In this document: in pieces, positions 46,734-57,225 of the stretch | Numbering within the stretch: position 1 is the stretch's first letter | Layout: each line of letters opens with the position of its first letter | IMG/VR virus record: IMGVR_UViG_3300022748_000017 | Location: 1-64,000 of that record | DNA: 64,000 nt | Origin: a virus | Reading direction: 5' to 3' (one strand) | The notes under the pieces: generated by a model | Databases searched by the model: none | Told to the model about the DNA's origin: nothing | What the model saw: the letters and a program-made list of their open reading frames with translations, nothing else | Position numbers and translations under genes: made by a program

Positions 46734-49700
46734 TTATACCTTGTTTTCCAATGCAGCAATTCTTTCTTCAAGCTGCTGAATTGACTTCACCAAGGCCGCA
46801 ATGATACCGTCATTGCTGAAAGATTTGTACCCTTCCAGCGGACCTTGCTCAATGGTTGTGACCATCGTGGTATCTGTCCCAACGATTTCCTCGACCTCGT
46901 TTGCCAAGAAACCATAGGCTTGTTTGTCACCATAGTGAGCAAACAATTCATGATTCCATTTGAATTGGACTGGACGAAGTTTCTTGACGAAATCCAGACC
47001 ATAAGACAAATCAACAATGTCTTTCTTGAGTCTTGAATCGGAAGTTACGTTGATGTTGATGGCAGCAGTGTTTGTGCCCATCGTCCATGTAACCGTTCCA
47101 GCCGCGCCACCTGTCAATGTTCCACTGAACGTCACATCGGTGACACCACTGGTATTCCCAGAAGTTCCAATCAATCGTGCAGTAATGTTTGAACCGGAAA
47201 GGTTAACTGCCGACAATGGAATGCTTGCCGTGTTGAAAGAGCCGCCAAGAGTCAAACTTCCGCTGGTTGTGACTGTTCCACTCAGTGTCAAACCATAGAC
47301 GTTTCCCGTACCGCTGACGCTGGTAACAGTTCCCCCACCACTTCCAGATGGAGTGGCCCATGTACCATCATTTCGCAAAAAAGTCGTTGTTGATCCAGTT
47401 GGGGAAGCAACGGTATAGCCACCCCAACTGAAAGTACCAGAATCAATCCTTAAAGCAAAACCGCCGCCAGTGTTATTACATTCAAGAGCCGAGCCTGTTG
47501 AACTTGTTGTGCTGAAATAACCACCAATTGAATCACCTTCTCCAACAATACCAATGCCGGGACAAGCGACTCCATTTCGACCAACGCCAAGTACACCCAC
47601 GTTGTATGAACTTGTAAGCGATGCAGAATAACCTACAACCCCACCACGAACTTTTCCAGAAGCAGCGGAAATGCCATTAGAAAGAGAAGAATAATCAATG
47701 CTATATGAAGTGGAGCCAATCAAAACAGAGAATGATGCTGGATTGCGACCTTCAAAATAAGCATCGCCATCAGTGTTGATGTCGCCCATAAATAATGCAT
47801 TGCCAGCAGTGTCAATGGTGAATTTTGCAACTCCAGATTGAGCGCCAACAATGCCATTAGAAGTAATGGCAACACCAGAACCTCCGGTCAAAACACCAGA
47901 AGAATTCCATGTAATTGTTCCAGCCCTCATTCCACCAGAAGTTGTTGGGACAATCGTGCCAGTCAAAATACTTGTGGTTGTCTTACTTACCTTGTCAGCA
48001 ACATCAATTGATAATCCATCAATCTCGCTTTGCAAATAGGCTACGTTTCCAGATTCACTATTTACTGGAGCCCATACAAACGCTGCGCTGCTTGAAGACC
48101 TTGTAGATTGACCGAGTTCGTTGCCGACCACATACGCAAAATAATATGTGCCGCCAGCCAATGTCAAGTTGGCAAAATCATATGTCGAGCCGTTGACAGC
48201 CGCAGTGCCTGCTGGCGCATTGGCAGTAGCCAAAACTTTCCAATCAAAATCAAGAGGTGAGGATGATGTGGTGTAGTACAACGTGCCATAAGTCACACGG
48301 CCTGTTGTCGGCACAGTTACACGAACTGTGAATGTGGGGGGCGTGACGTTATAGTTGTTTGCAACAACTGTTGGAGCAGTCAATGCGCTGAAATAGATAG
48401 CACTTGGAATGTTGCTGTTGGCTACAGGTGCATATTGTGTGATGTCAAAATCATCATAGACAGCGGCACTGTATTCAGTCATTTCCAGTCGAGCGCCAAG
48501 CGTACCATCAGGCAAAGATGCCTCATTTACTTTGACTACACGGAACAGCTTATTTGTCCAACCATAATCAGCGTTGGTCACGCTAACTACAGCGCCAGCG
48601 TCAACCTGAATGCCGTAATAGGTTGTGCTGAAATTGACAATCAAATCCTCGCGTGCTTGCTCAAGAATTCGATTGGCAAGATACTGGGCACGAACACTGT
48701 CATTCACCAAGTCATAACTGACGCTATATTTATTGACGGGTTCATTTGGATACAACAACGAAGAAGGAGTTGCCAAATTCACATAGTCGGGCTGATCCCT
48801 ATTTTCGCTATTAGGGAACTTTGCTTCAACTTGGTTGATAGATTGCGTAATGTCTGTGGCGCTGACACGAATTTCACCAATGATGTTGTCATCATCAAAA
48901 GAATAAACAGGCGTTTCAGACTTGTTAATAACAGCAGACCATTGACCAGCCGAAGCGTTGTAGGTCATCCAGCTATCGCAACAAGTCATGATTTTGTCTA
49001 GATTGCTCAAGACAGATTGACCAGCGTCCAAAACACCATTGATGCGATAACGAGCCTCAGTAGCAGAGCCACCACCGGCAGGTGTATAAGTTATCAATCC
49101 ATCGGAATAAGTATTCAATGCTGTGGCAGATGCCGAATCTACAAATGCCGAATCAACAGCGCCACCGTAATATGGGTTTGTGATGTAGTCATACCAAACA
49201 TCACCAGGCTTTGCCACGCCAGTGCTATTCAATGTATGAGAAACATGGAAAGTTACTGGCGAAAGATTTGTTGTGCCAGCGTCAGTACTGTAGTTCAAAA
49301 CAACAATAGCGAAAGCCAATCCATTCATTTGGCGACCAGAAGAAGGCCACTCCAAACCAGATGGCACACCATTAGCCGTAGACATAATGCCATCAGGCAA
49401 CGTTCCACTGCTATTGATAGTCGTAATCATGCCAGATGCGCTGGATGTAAAAAGATAAATGAAAAGATTGCCAGCAATCTTTGTGTCTTCATTGCCAGCT
49501 TCATCTGTGAGTTTGCTAACCTTGCCAGGCTCGGATGGATCAAATGTAATCAGGCGATCACCGTAATACATATCCGTCTGGTCATAGCTGAATTGACCAT
49601 TTGGGCTAATGCAAGAAACCGTAAGCACATAATACATACGCTTTTGGTTTGTGGTAAGAACAGCGTCAACAAATGTTCCACCAAGATAGGCATCGCCATA

Positions 49701-49892
49701 CACAATAGGAATTGCGTTTGTGTTTGCTGGCGGCACTTGTTGGCGAACGCCGTTATCTTGTTGGCCTTGCTGGTCTTGACCAAACACACGGGTCACAATT
49801 TGCGAAAGCGCAAAGTTAACAGCAAACACTGTTGCGGCATATGCGGCTGTGCCAATCTCAAAAAGTGCTGCCGCAATCATGGTGCTGACCAT
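46734..49892 (-). CDS. Tail tip protein with S74-like chaperone (unit B)
   Basis: Homolog of 5781-8951. Confidence 0.85.
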   Translation of the reverse strand: MVSTMIAAALFEIGTAAYAATVFAVNFALSQIVTRVFGQDQQGQQDNGVRQQVPPANTNAIPIVYGDAYLGGTFVDAVLTTNQKRMYYVLTVSCISPNGQFSYDQTDMYYGDRLITFDPSEPGKVSKLTDEAGNEDTKIAGNLFIYLFTSSASGMITTINSSGTLPDGIMSTANGVPSGLEWPSSGRQMNGLAFAIVVLNYSTDAGTTNLSPVTFHVSHTLNSTGVAKPGDVWYDYITNPYYGGAVDSAFVDSASATALNTYSDGLITYTPAGGGSATEARYRINGVLDAGQSVLSNLDKIMTCCDSWMTYNASAGQWSAVINKSETPVYSFDDDNIIGEIRVSATDITQSINQVEAKFPNSENRDQPDYVNLATPSSLLYPNEPVNKYSVSYDLVNDSVRAQYLANRILEQAREDLIVNFSTTYYGIQVDAGAVVSVTNADYGWTNKLFRVVKVNEASLPDGTLGARLEMTEYSAAVYDDFDITQYAPVANSNIPSAIYFSALTAPTVVANNYNVTPPTFTVRVTVPTTGRVTYGTLYYTTSSSPLDFDWKVLATANAPAGTAAVNGSTYDFANLTLAGGTYYFAYVVGNELGQSTRSSSSAAFVWAPVNSESGNVAYLQSEIDGLSIDVADKVSKTTTSILTGTIVPTTSGGMRAGTITWNSSGVLTGGSGVAITSNGIVGAQSGVAKFTIDTAGNALFMGDINTDGDAYFEGRNPASFSVLIGSTSYSIDYSSLSNGISAASGKVRGGVVGYSASLTSSYNVGVLGVGRNGVACPGIGIVGEGDSIGGYFSTTSSTGSALECNNTGGGFALRIDSGTFSWGGYTVASPTGSTTTFLRNDGTWATPSGSGGGTVTSVSGTGNVYGLTLSGTVTTSGSLTLGGSFNTASIPLSAVNLSGSNITARLIGTSGNTSGVTDVTFSGTLTGGAAGTVTWTMGTNTAAININVTSDSRLKKDIVDLSYGLDFVKKLRPVQFKWNHELFAHYGDKQAYGFLANEVEEIVGTDTTMVTTIEQGPLEGYKSFSNDGIIAALVKSIQQLEERIAALENKV

Positions 49893-49894
49893 TT

Positions 49895-50341
49895 TTATTC
49901 CTTCACAAAACTTGCGCCAAATGGCTTGTAGCCACGTTTGCTGTAATCAATCAATGGGCCATGTGCTGAAATGCTTGTAATAACAACATCAATATCACCA
50001 ACTTCAAGCATCTTTGAAGCCCGTTCATCAAATGCCTTCCAAAGCCTTCCACCAACAGTTCCATTCCTATGTTCAGGCTCAACCCACCAAAGTAACTCAT
50101 GCAATTCCTTGACCTTTGGCGACCATATGTTGCTTTGCTTAAGCGCAATGATGGCCCCACGCATATTGTTATCTATGTAGATAAATCCGCGACCAGCAAT
50201 GATGCTGAAAAGCAATTCTTCTACATATTTTGGAAAATGATTGTGTGGCTGTGCAAGCGTTTGAATTGGGTTCTCAAAAGCATACGCTTCAACAATTTCC
50301 AACAATCTTGGAATGTCATATCTTGTCGCAAGTCTTATCAT
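49895..50341 (-). CDS. GNAT-like acetyltransferase (unit B)
   Basis: Homolog of 8954-9400. Confidence 0.65.
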   Translation of the reverse strand: MIRLATRYDIPRLLEIVEAYAFENPIQTLAQPHNHFPKYVEELLFSIIAGRGFIYIDNNMRGAIIALKQSNIWSPKVKELHELLWWVEPEHRNGTVGGRLWKAFDERASKMLEVGDIDVVITSISAHGPLIDYSKRGYKPFGASFVKE

Positions 50342-51004
50342 TTAATATCCAAATTGGCCCGGAGTAGGATCGGTTGAACTTGTTGTCGTAGATGTTGTAT
50401 CTGTTGCTTGTGTGTCCGTTTGAGGCGGCTTGCCAAAGTCAAAGTAGGTATTGGCAATTGTAGAAACTCGATCCATGCTTGTATCGCCAGGATAGAAAAA
50501 CTGCCAGCTACTTTGGTTTGTTTTTATGCCAGAAAGACGGTTTTCCAAAACTCGGCGCATTGACGAGCATGAAATTGAACAAGTCACAATCCTTGTCCGA
50601 GCCTGAGTGTTGAAGTCTTCAGTGATTGAAACGCTGTTAACAATTCCTTGATAGCGTTTAAAAAACTGAGTTGTTGGGCTTGTGATGATCTGATTGTTGT
50701 CATCAAAAAAGCCGCGCCAAATCTCAACAAAAGAACCCTTGATGTCGTTGCTCAAAATGATTGCAACACTATCTGGGTTCAAACCAGTCAGCGAAATAGT
50801 CATGTCATCGCTGGTGGCCCTCATGTCGCGCTGAACATCGCCAACAGACAAAAGCAATCCAAGGTTAGTGAATGAAACTCCATCAACCGTGATTGGTGCT
50901 GCGGCATTGCAAAACGTATATACAGTAGCGGCTTTGCCAACCGTAAGACGCACAAATTCCGCTTGTCTAATTTGTGGCCCATTAAGGGCTGTCATTGCTG
51001 TCAT
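50342..51004 (-). CDS. Minor tail/hub protein (unit B)
   Basis: Homolog of 9401-10075. Confidence 0.6.
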   Translation of the reverse strand: MTAMTALNGPQIRQAEFVRLTVGKAATVYTFCNAAAPITVDGVSFTNLGLLLSVGDVQRDMRATSDDMTISLTGLNPDSVAIILSNDIKGSFVEIWRGFFDDNNQIITSPTTQFFKRYQGIVNSVSITEDFNTQARTRIVTCSISCSSMRRVLENRLSGIKTNQSSWQFFYPGDTSMDRVSTIANTYFDFGKPPQTDTQATDTTSTTTSSTDPTPGQFGY

Positions 51005-51597
51005 GTGATGTACTCCCGGAAAACAAATGCATCATCCCAATTCACAAATGCGCCATCTGCCATTGGTGTCAATGTGTATGTTGGACACTTTTCAGCAACG
51101 ACTGTAAATGTGCATTGCGTGCCCATGTAAACAGTTGTGCCTGAACTTGGTGTTCCAATTAGAGGGCGATGGATGGTGACAACAGAACCAGATGAATCAG
51201 CGGTGATTTTATAGGTATAGCCGCCAATCATAATGAAGTCACCAGCCTTGAATGTGCCGTTTGAAGTCAGATTCAAAGTCTGTGTGTTGGCTGCTGGAGT
51301 GCCATTCAAAGTTGCAGCCGTAGCTGTACCTTGCATTTGCAAGAACCATGAAAGGTTATCGCTTGTAAAAGTAATTGTTTCAGGCAATTGACGGTCTTTG
51401 TTGTCAATTGTCTGGATGATTGCTCTTGCTTGTGGATAGTACAGATAGTTGTGCGGAACAACCGTGAACACCCAAGGTACAGCAGTCAAGTATTGCGCCA
51501 CAGTGATGTATCCAGACCGTGTAACTTGCTGCCCGACCATGCGGCGGTTATTAACAGTCATTGACTGTTGAATTTCAAACACAGCTTGGAAACTCAT
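51001..51597 (-). CDS. Putative distal tail protein (unit B)
   Basis: Homolog of 10072-10668. Confidence 0.55.
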   Translation of the reverse strand: MSFQAVFEIQQSMTVNNRRMVGQQVTRSGYITVAQYLTAVPWVFTVVPHNYLYYPQARAIIQTIDNKDRQLPETITFTSDNLSWFLQMQGTATAATLNGTPAANTQTLNLTSNGTFKAGDFIMIGGYTYKITADSSGSVVTIHRPLIGTPSSGTTVYMGTQCTFTVVAEKCPTYTLTPMADGAFVNWDDAFVFREYIT

Positions 51598-53579
51598 GCC
51601 CTTCTCCCATTGGATGCCAGTGATTTACCAGCATAAGCATTTGCAGCCCAAATTGTGTTGGAACTTTCCAGCAAACGCTGTTCAAATGATTTCACATCAA
51701 TTGCATTGATATTGTTATTGACGATGGTTGTAGAACCGCCCATCATGTCGCTCATTTTGTTGTTTGGAATGATCGTTCCAGAACCAGAAGGAACAAACAA
51801 TTCTGGGCCACGTTCACCGACCAAATATGGTGTGTTGTTTGTGACAGCACCGCCAACCGCCCTTTGTGACTCCAAAGAGCCTAATGTGTTGTAGTCGCCC
51901 ACCGATCCAGTTGCATACGGGAAAATAGACTTAAACATTGAAGAAAACAGATTTGTCATCTGGGCACGCATTTGGATTCGGATCAAATCCTGAATGATGC
52001 TTCTAGCCAAATCTTTGAATGACAATTTGCCGTTGGTAACAAAACGGTCAAGTGCGCCTTCCATGCTGGACATAACAGATGTGAACATTTCGCCACCAAT
52101 CTCAACTTGCGTTTTCATGGTATTCATGTATTCAACCATCTTGTTTTCAACGCCAACGAGAATGTCGCCATCTTTAAATTCTTTGGTCAAGCGATTGCGC
52201 TCTTTAGCAAGTTCAATGGCCTTTTCTGTAAGTTCGTTTTCTTTCTGGATACGGTCAGCTTTGTCACCTTTTGTCAGGTTGATTTCTTGTTCCAGTTTGT
52301 AAATGTTCTCCGCGCCCTTAGCCCGAATTTCAATAATCTCGCGCTCAAGCGTCAAATCTTCTTTTTTGAAGAACCGTGAGTTCATTTCAAGTTTGAAAAT
52401 CTCTTGCTCTTTATCAAGAGTCGTTTCAACAGCGTGTTGACGTTCTTCATATGCTTTATTGGTCTTCTGCATAGAAGCCAATTCACGCATCTTTTCGTCA
52501 AATGCTCGTTGATTTTCACGCCTTGCTCGTTCAGCATCTTTATCAATGCCAGGCGTAACAGGGCGACCAGCCGCAACTTCTTTGGCTTTATCAAGTCGGC
52601 GAGGATCATCAAATTTGCTTGTGCCGCCACCAAAGCCACCACCACCGCCCATAATGCGGCGCTGGAATTCGTCTAGCTTTTCTCGCTCACGGTCACGATA
52701 ACTGTCGTATGCAGCATTTAACTTTTTGGCGGCTTCAATGCCTTGAGTTGTAAGAACTTTGGCATTTTCAATCGTATGCCCAATTTCGTCTGATACACCC
52801 TTAATCAAAAATGCAACGTCAGAAATAACAACCGCAAGTGTTTGATAAGTAACTTTCAATGACTCAGCAAAAACATTGCCTTGGCTGTTCATTGACTCAA
52901 AATACTCGGTTGTAGCCTTCAATGGTGGGCCAAGTTCAGTGGCAATCACAAGGGCTGTATCCCTTGCGTGCTTCTGCAACTTGTCGTACATATCGGCGGC
53001 ATCTTTTACCGCTTCGGCCTGACGCTCTGTGATTGCGTTGGTTTCTTTTAGGGTGTCATTGAATCCAACGAAATCCACGCCTTTAGCCGCTTTGCCAAAG
53101 ACCTCAAGCGCCCTTGCATTACGCAGCACAGGATCTTCAATACCAGAAAGACCATCGGCAACTTTAGAAAACAGTTGGTCAATGGACATTCTGGAAATGT
53201 CCTGAAGACTGATCCCAAGCGTTTTAAAGGAGCGTTGCGCCTCAAAAGAACCGTCAGCAGCCTTGGTAACAAAGCTGTTAAAGCTAGACATCAAGCGGCT
53301 GGCGTTTTCAGCCTCACCGCCATTCTGAGCCAGCGCTTCACGCAACTTCAGAATTGAATCAATCGTTACATCATTGGCTTTTGCAACGTCTGCAATATCG
53401 TCAGCATATTTGAGCGCAGCAATAGAAGCCGCCACCAAACTGGTAGCAGCTACTTTGCCGTATTGTTCAGCCGCCTGCCCAAATTGCTCTAGCTTTTTGG
53501 TCGCTTCCTCAATGCCGCGCTTAAATTCGGCACTGTCAATTCCCAGCAAAACGCCCAAACGGGCAATCATGTTAGCCAT
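51594..53579 (-). CDS. Tape measure protein (unit B)
   Basis: ARLGVLLGIDS start; VGERGPELF; C-terminus matches unit A. Confidence 0.85.
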   Translation of the reverse strand: MANMIARLGVLLGIDSAEFKRGIEEATKKLEQFGQAAEQYGKVAATSLVAASIAALKYADDIADVAKANDVTIDSILKLREALAQNGGEAENASRLMSSFNSFVTKAADGSFEAQRSFKTLGISLQDISRMSIDQLFSKVADGLSGIEDPVLRNARALEVFGKAAKGVDFVGFNDTLKETNAITERQAEAVKDAADMYDKLQKHARDTALVIATELGPPLKATTEYFESMNSQGNVFAESLKVTYQTLAVVISDVAFLIKGVSDEIGHTIENAKVLTTQGIEAAKKLNAAYDSYRDREREKLDEFQRRIMGGGGGFGGGTSKFDDPRRLDKAKEVAAGRPVTPGIDKDAERARRENQRAFDEKMRELASMQKTNKAYEERQHAVETTLDKEQEIFKLEMNSRFFKKEDLTLEREIIEIRAKGAENIYKLEQEINLTKGDKADRIQKENELTEKAIELAKERNRLTKEFKDGDILVGVENKMVEYMNTMKTQVEIGGEMFTSVMSSMEGALDRFVTNGKLSFKDLARSIIQDLIRIQMRAQMTNLFSSMFKSIFPYATGSVGDYNTLGSLESQRAVGGAVTNNTPYLVGERGPELFVPSGSGTIIPNNKMSDMMGGSTTIVNNNINAIDVKSFEQRLLESSNTIWAANAYAGKSLASNGRRA

Positions 53580-53949
53580 CTTGTTTCACCTTGAACTTGT
53601 CTTTTTTGAATCCCGGCGCTTGGCTCATGAATCCAAGTAAGTTATTGCTAACCTGCTGCTTCTGAATTTCCGGGGGCAATGGTGGATAGATGTAATCGTA
53701 AGCGGAACCAATAATGTTGGCTAGTGTATATGGTGTTGATTTTGCTGGGTCGCGGATGTAATTGAACACGCCAGCAACAAGCGTGCCAAGCAACTCAATG
53801 ACTTTTTGATTTCCGAGGATTCCGTCACCGTACATTGCCTGAATCTGCAACATGGTGACTTCATCCAAAGCCGCAATTGATTCTGTTGTATGCCCATTAA
53901 AGACCATTGCGGCCTCGACTTGCGTCTTTAACGAGCCAATCAGTTTCCC
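53572..53949 (-). CDS. -1 frameshift extension of tail chaperone (unit B)
   Basis: G GGA AAC slippery site at 53949-53943; -1 frame open into MVFNG ORF. Confidence 0.78.
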   Translation of the reverse strand, partial: GKLIGSLKTQVEAAMVFNGHTTESIAALDEVTMLQIQAMYGDGILGNQKVIELLGTLVAGVFNYIRDPAKSTPYTLANIIGSAYDYIYPPLPPEIQKQQVSNNLLGFMSQAPGFKKDKFKVKQDG

Positions 53950-54431
53950 CGAACTTCCTTGTATGTGGGGCTGATTACTTCACCAATCTTTTCGCACAAA
54001 GCCAATTGGACATTTAAAGGCCATTCAGTCTCAATGTCGGCATAAGTAATGTCTGCAAGGCTATTGTCTGGATTCTCAGGAACCAGCAAGCGGATGTATT
54101 CAACAATCCTTTGCTCGGTCATGGCTTTGTTTTTTGCGGCTTCCCGCATTGACTTGCCTTGGACAAGCACATCATCCTCAAGAAAAACAAAGCCAGCCTC
54201 AACTGCGTCTTCGTCTTCTTTGTATTTCAACAGCGGCTCAGTCAACTCAGCATACGCTTCGTCAATTGATTTCTGATCTGGGTCTGTGATCCGCTTGTAC
54301 AGTGCATCGGTTTCTGCAACCAATGGGATGCGGACTTTAAAAGTAAAGCCGCCAAGTTCAAATTTGCGGGTAAGAATTTCTCGGCGCATCTGTTCATAGT
54401 TTGCGCCAAGTGCTGCACCAAGTCTTGTCAT
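53940..54431 (-). CDS. Tail assembly chaperone (unit B)
   Basis: Homolog of 13949-14404. Confidence 0.75.
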   Translation of the reverse strand: MTRLGAALGANYEQMRREILTRKFELGGFTFKVRIPLVAETDALYKRITDPDQKSIDEAYAELTEPLLKYKEDEDAVEAGFVFLEDDVLVQGKSMREAAKNKAMTEQRIVEYIRLLVPENPDNSLADITYADIETEWPLNVQLALCEKIGEVISPTYKEVRGN

Positions 54432-54982
54432 GTTTTAGCCTTGAATCGTTGAATGTATTTTTTAATTTCTTCTGCAAGCCTGTTTACCGTTGATTGAGAT
54501 TGACTTTCAAGGGCTGGCCTGAGATACGGTTGTGCAGGGTTTCTGGCTGACCCAAACTCTTGGGCAATCGCCCTAGCATCACTAGAAAAGCCTTTAAAAG
54601 CTGCCGCTTCCGTTTCAGAAGCGCCCATCTTTATAAGTTTTTTCCGTGTGCGTTGCAATCCTTTGCCTTCGCTCATAGCCTTCATTTTTTTGCCAGATGC
54701 GGTGGTAACGACTGCAATTACGGTGTCAGTTTCCGTAATGTACTTTGAGCGTTTATCTTTAGCTGTTGGCCTTCTGGCTTCGACCTGCAATAAAGCCCTA
54801 AGAGCACCCGTTTCAATTGGTGCTTTTTGCTGGGCCAATTCCAAGACTGGCTTGATAGCCGCCCTAGCAGCAGGGATTAGAACCTTGCTTCTGGCTTTTT
54901 TGTCGCCAATCTCATCAGCAAGTTCATCAAAGGCTTTCATTGCGTCACCGATGCCTTCTAGCTTGATGGTAACGCCACTCAT
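54428..54982 (-). CDS. HK97 gp10-like protein (unit B)
   Basis: APIETGAL; QEFGS..PAQPYLRPAL. Confidence 0.8.
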   Translation of the reverse strand: MSGVTIKLEGIGDAMKAFDELADEIGDKKARSKVLIPAARAAIKPVLELAQQKAPIETGALRALLQVEARRPTAKDKRSKYITETDTVIAVVTTASGKKMKAMSEGKGLQRTRKKLIKMGASETEAAAFKGFSSDARAIAQEFGSARNPAQPYLRPALESQSQSTVNRLAEEIKKYIQRFKAKT

Positions 54983-55210
54983 TTATGCCCCCGGCCTAAT
55001 GATCTTTAGATATAGCTGGTTGTTCAGTTCGCTGACGTAATTGACCACTTCAGCAGGGGTCATTTTGTCAGCGTGTTTTGACGCAATTTCATGCGCCAAG
55101 CTAATCGCTGTGAGTTTCTGTTGCCGAAACCCAAACCAGTCCTTTTGGGAACCAGCTTGGGAAATCAGGAAACTCAACAGGTCATTATTGTCTTTTATTG
55201 TTGTGTTCAT
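54983..55210 (-). CDS. Conserved hypothetical tail-region protein (unit B)
   Basis: Homolog of 14406-14636. Confidence 0.7.
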   Translation of the reverse strand: MNTTIKDNNDLLSFLISQAGSQKDWFGFRQQKLTAISLAHEIASKHADKMTPAEVVNYVSELNNQLYLKIIRPGA

Positions 55211-55216
55211 AGTGTA

Positions 55217-55741
55217 TTAAGCGTTGTTTGACCAGCCGTATTCATTGCCACCAACGGGGTGGATGGTGAATGTGAATTTGCCTTCGGCATTGGTGTTCAA
55301 GTCCCAAGACATACCACCAACGCGAGCGTTGAAAGCATAAGCCACAGTGTCAGTACCGTCATAAGCGGCAACGACATAAGTGCGGATGATCGTGCCGTTG
55401 TAACCATCAGCGCGAATCAGCAACTGTGCTGTATCGGAGGGGTTCCAAGGGCAAGTGATCGTCATGGAAGTCACTTGATTTTGGGTGGTAATCTTTGCAC
55501 CAGTGCGCTGACCAGCAATCGAGTAAGCGGCAAAAGCGTCATCAGAACCAAATGGAGGGATAACTTCCACAGGAACTTCAATGCCATCCGTACCAGTACC
55601 GCCAGCAGATGTGCCAACAATGTCAGCAACCTGAGCAGTCCATGTGGAAAGCTGAGTGGTTGTCAAAGGGGTAGGCGTTGCGCCAGTTTGACACCAGAAT
55701 GTCCCGACAAAACCGGGAAGAACTTTATCGATAAGAGCCAT
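55217..55741 (-). CDS. Major tail protein (unit B)
   Basis: Homolog of 15253-15777. Confidence 0.75.
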   Translation of the reverse strand: MALIDKVLPGFVGTFWCQTGATPTPLTTTQLSTWTAQVADIVGTSAGGTGTDGIEVPVEVIPPFGSDDAFAAYSIAGQRTGAKITTQNQVTSMTITCPWNPSDTAQLLIRADGYNGTIIRTYVVAAYDGTDTVAYAFNARVGGMSWDLNTNAEGKFTFTIHPVGGNEYGWSNNA

Positions 55742-55783
55742 TTTGAATTTCCTTCAAAAACAGGTTGATGAATTATTATCTTA

Positions 55784-56200
55784 TCAAGTCTGTATGTACA
55801 ACGTACAATCCAGAAAAATTTGAGCAAGTTTGTCCGTGTTGTCGTAGCTGTTGTACAGCCACATAATGTCGGTTTTGGCTACTTGCAAAGCATAGTCGCC
55901 CGTTCCATAGACACCACTGAATCCATGCATGGATTGTAATATCTGATTGGAAATTGTGAAACCGTCTTCAACAGTCTGACTGAAAATGCTTACCTGGAAA
56001 ACAGGAGTATCAATACCCTTGTTATTCTGGGTCTGACCAGTAAAAACTGGCTGATGTACGTTACGCAGATTCCATGTCACAAACTTTGGCTGAGTAGCAA
56101 AGTTGCGGTTAAAAGCCGCATAAACAGGCACAGGCGAAACCACAGAAGCAAGTTTGTCCTGAAACGCTTTGCCATATTGAATGACGTTATTCTGTGCCAT
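55784..56200 (-). CDS. Tail terminator protein (unit B)
   Basis: Homolog of 15816-16235. Confidence 0.65.
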   Translation of the reverse strand: MAQNNVIQYGKAFQDKLASVVSPVPVYAAFNRNFATQPKFVTWNLRNVHQPVFTGQTQNNKGIDTPVFQVSIFSQTVEDGFTISNQILQSMHGFSGVYGTGDYALQVAKTDIMWLYNSYDNTDKLAQIFLDCTLYIQT

Positions 56201-56545
56201 TTATACCGCCGTTTCTGGGTCTGTTCTGTAGCAAAGAAACGTAACCTTCATCCTGTCGTTGCTTTCCCGAACATCCGTAATTCGCCACTGAGCGTTACGC
56301 CAAGTGATTGAATACAAGTGCTGGCTGTCCACAATCGTGCGGGTATTGGGTGTGTAGTTCAAGGTGAAATTCACCAAATCCTGATACACCCGATACTTTT
56401 CCGAAATGCGGACACTGTTAGCAACGTCATGCGTCAGGGCGCGAGTCTTGAACCATTCGGTAATTGCCGTTGTTTGTTCGCCAAAAGTAGTCTTGGCAAA
56501 AGACAGGTTATTCACCGTAATTGATTCGTAACGAGCAATTCCCAT
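56201..56545 (-). CDS. Head closure protein (unit B)
   Basis: Homolog of 16236-16580. Confidence 0.75.
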   Translation of the reverse strand: MGIARYESITVNNLSFAKTTFGEQTTAITEWFKTRALTHDVANSVRISEKYRVYQDLVNFTLNYTPNTRTIVDSQHLYSITWRNAQWRITDVRESNDRMKVTFLCYRTDPETAV

Positions 56546-57214
56546 TTACATCACCAATGGTTTGTATGGACGCAACAGCATATCAAACCCGAAAGGAATG
56601 TTCTTCAGGTTCGCTTCTGTGGAATTGCTGCGGTTGTTGTACAGATGAGTGAACAATAGCAAAGCGGCTTGCTTGATTTGCGGATAAGTCTGTAGCGGAT
56701 TAGCAACAGTTGTGTACTCCACAAACACAGGCGCAGTCATGGATGTATTGATATTGGTGGGCAGGTTTTGCACCAACAACTTATTTCCAGACGGGTCATA
56801 TTGGTAAGCTGAACTTGCCAACAATGTTTGCTCGGCAGGAAAATTGTCGTTGTAGTACCCAACAGCATCAATTGTCACGCCTGGCAGATTTGGGTATTGG
56901 TTTTGGCTGACTTCAGGCAAGTCAAGAGCAACAGGACTTGCCACAAGACTTTCCGAACCGTACCAAACTCGGTACGAAATCGGGAAAATTGACATACCCA
57001 GATAGTCTTCAACCGCCCCACGGACAGCTAATTCCAAAGCCTTCAGATAATCGTCTTGAGATTCATCGCCCCAGTTGTTAATCTGGTTTGTGATTTCGTC
57101 AAGCGTAAGCCAGTTCGTTACTACGTCACGATCAATTTGCTCGACCTTGACGTAGTTGAACGGATTACGGGTAGTACCCGCAAACGGGTATCCTGTAGTA
57201 ATTTCAGAAGGCAT
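56546..57214 (-). CDS. Head-tail adaptor (unit B)
   Basis: Homolog of 16580-17251. Confidence 0.85.
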   Translation of the reverse strand: MPSEITTGYPFAGTTRNPFNYVKVEQIDRDVVTNWLTLDEITNQINNWGDESQDDYLKALELAVRGAVEDYLGMSIFPISYRVWYGSESLVASPVALDLPEVSQNQYPNLPGVTIDAVGYYNDNFPAEQTLLASSAYQYDPSGNKLLVQNLPTNINTSMTAPVFVEYTTVANPLQTYPQIKQAALLLFTHLYNNRSNSTEANLKNIPFGFDMLLRPYKPLVM

Positions 57215-57225
57215 TTCGGCTCCTA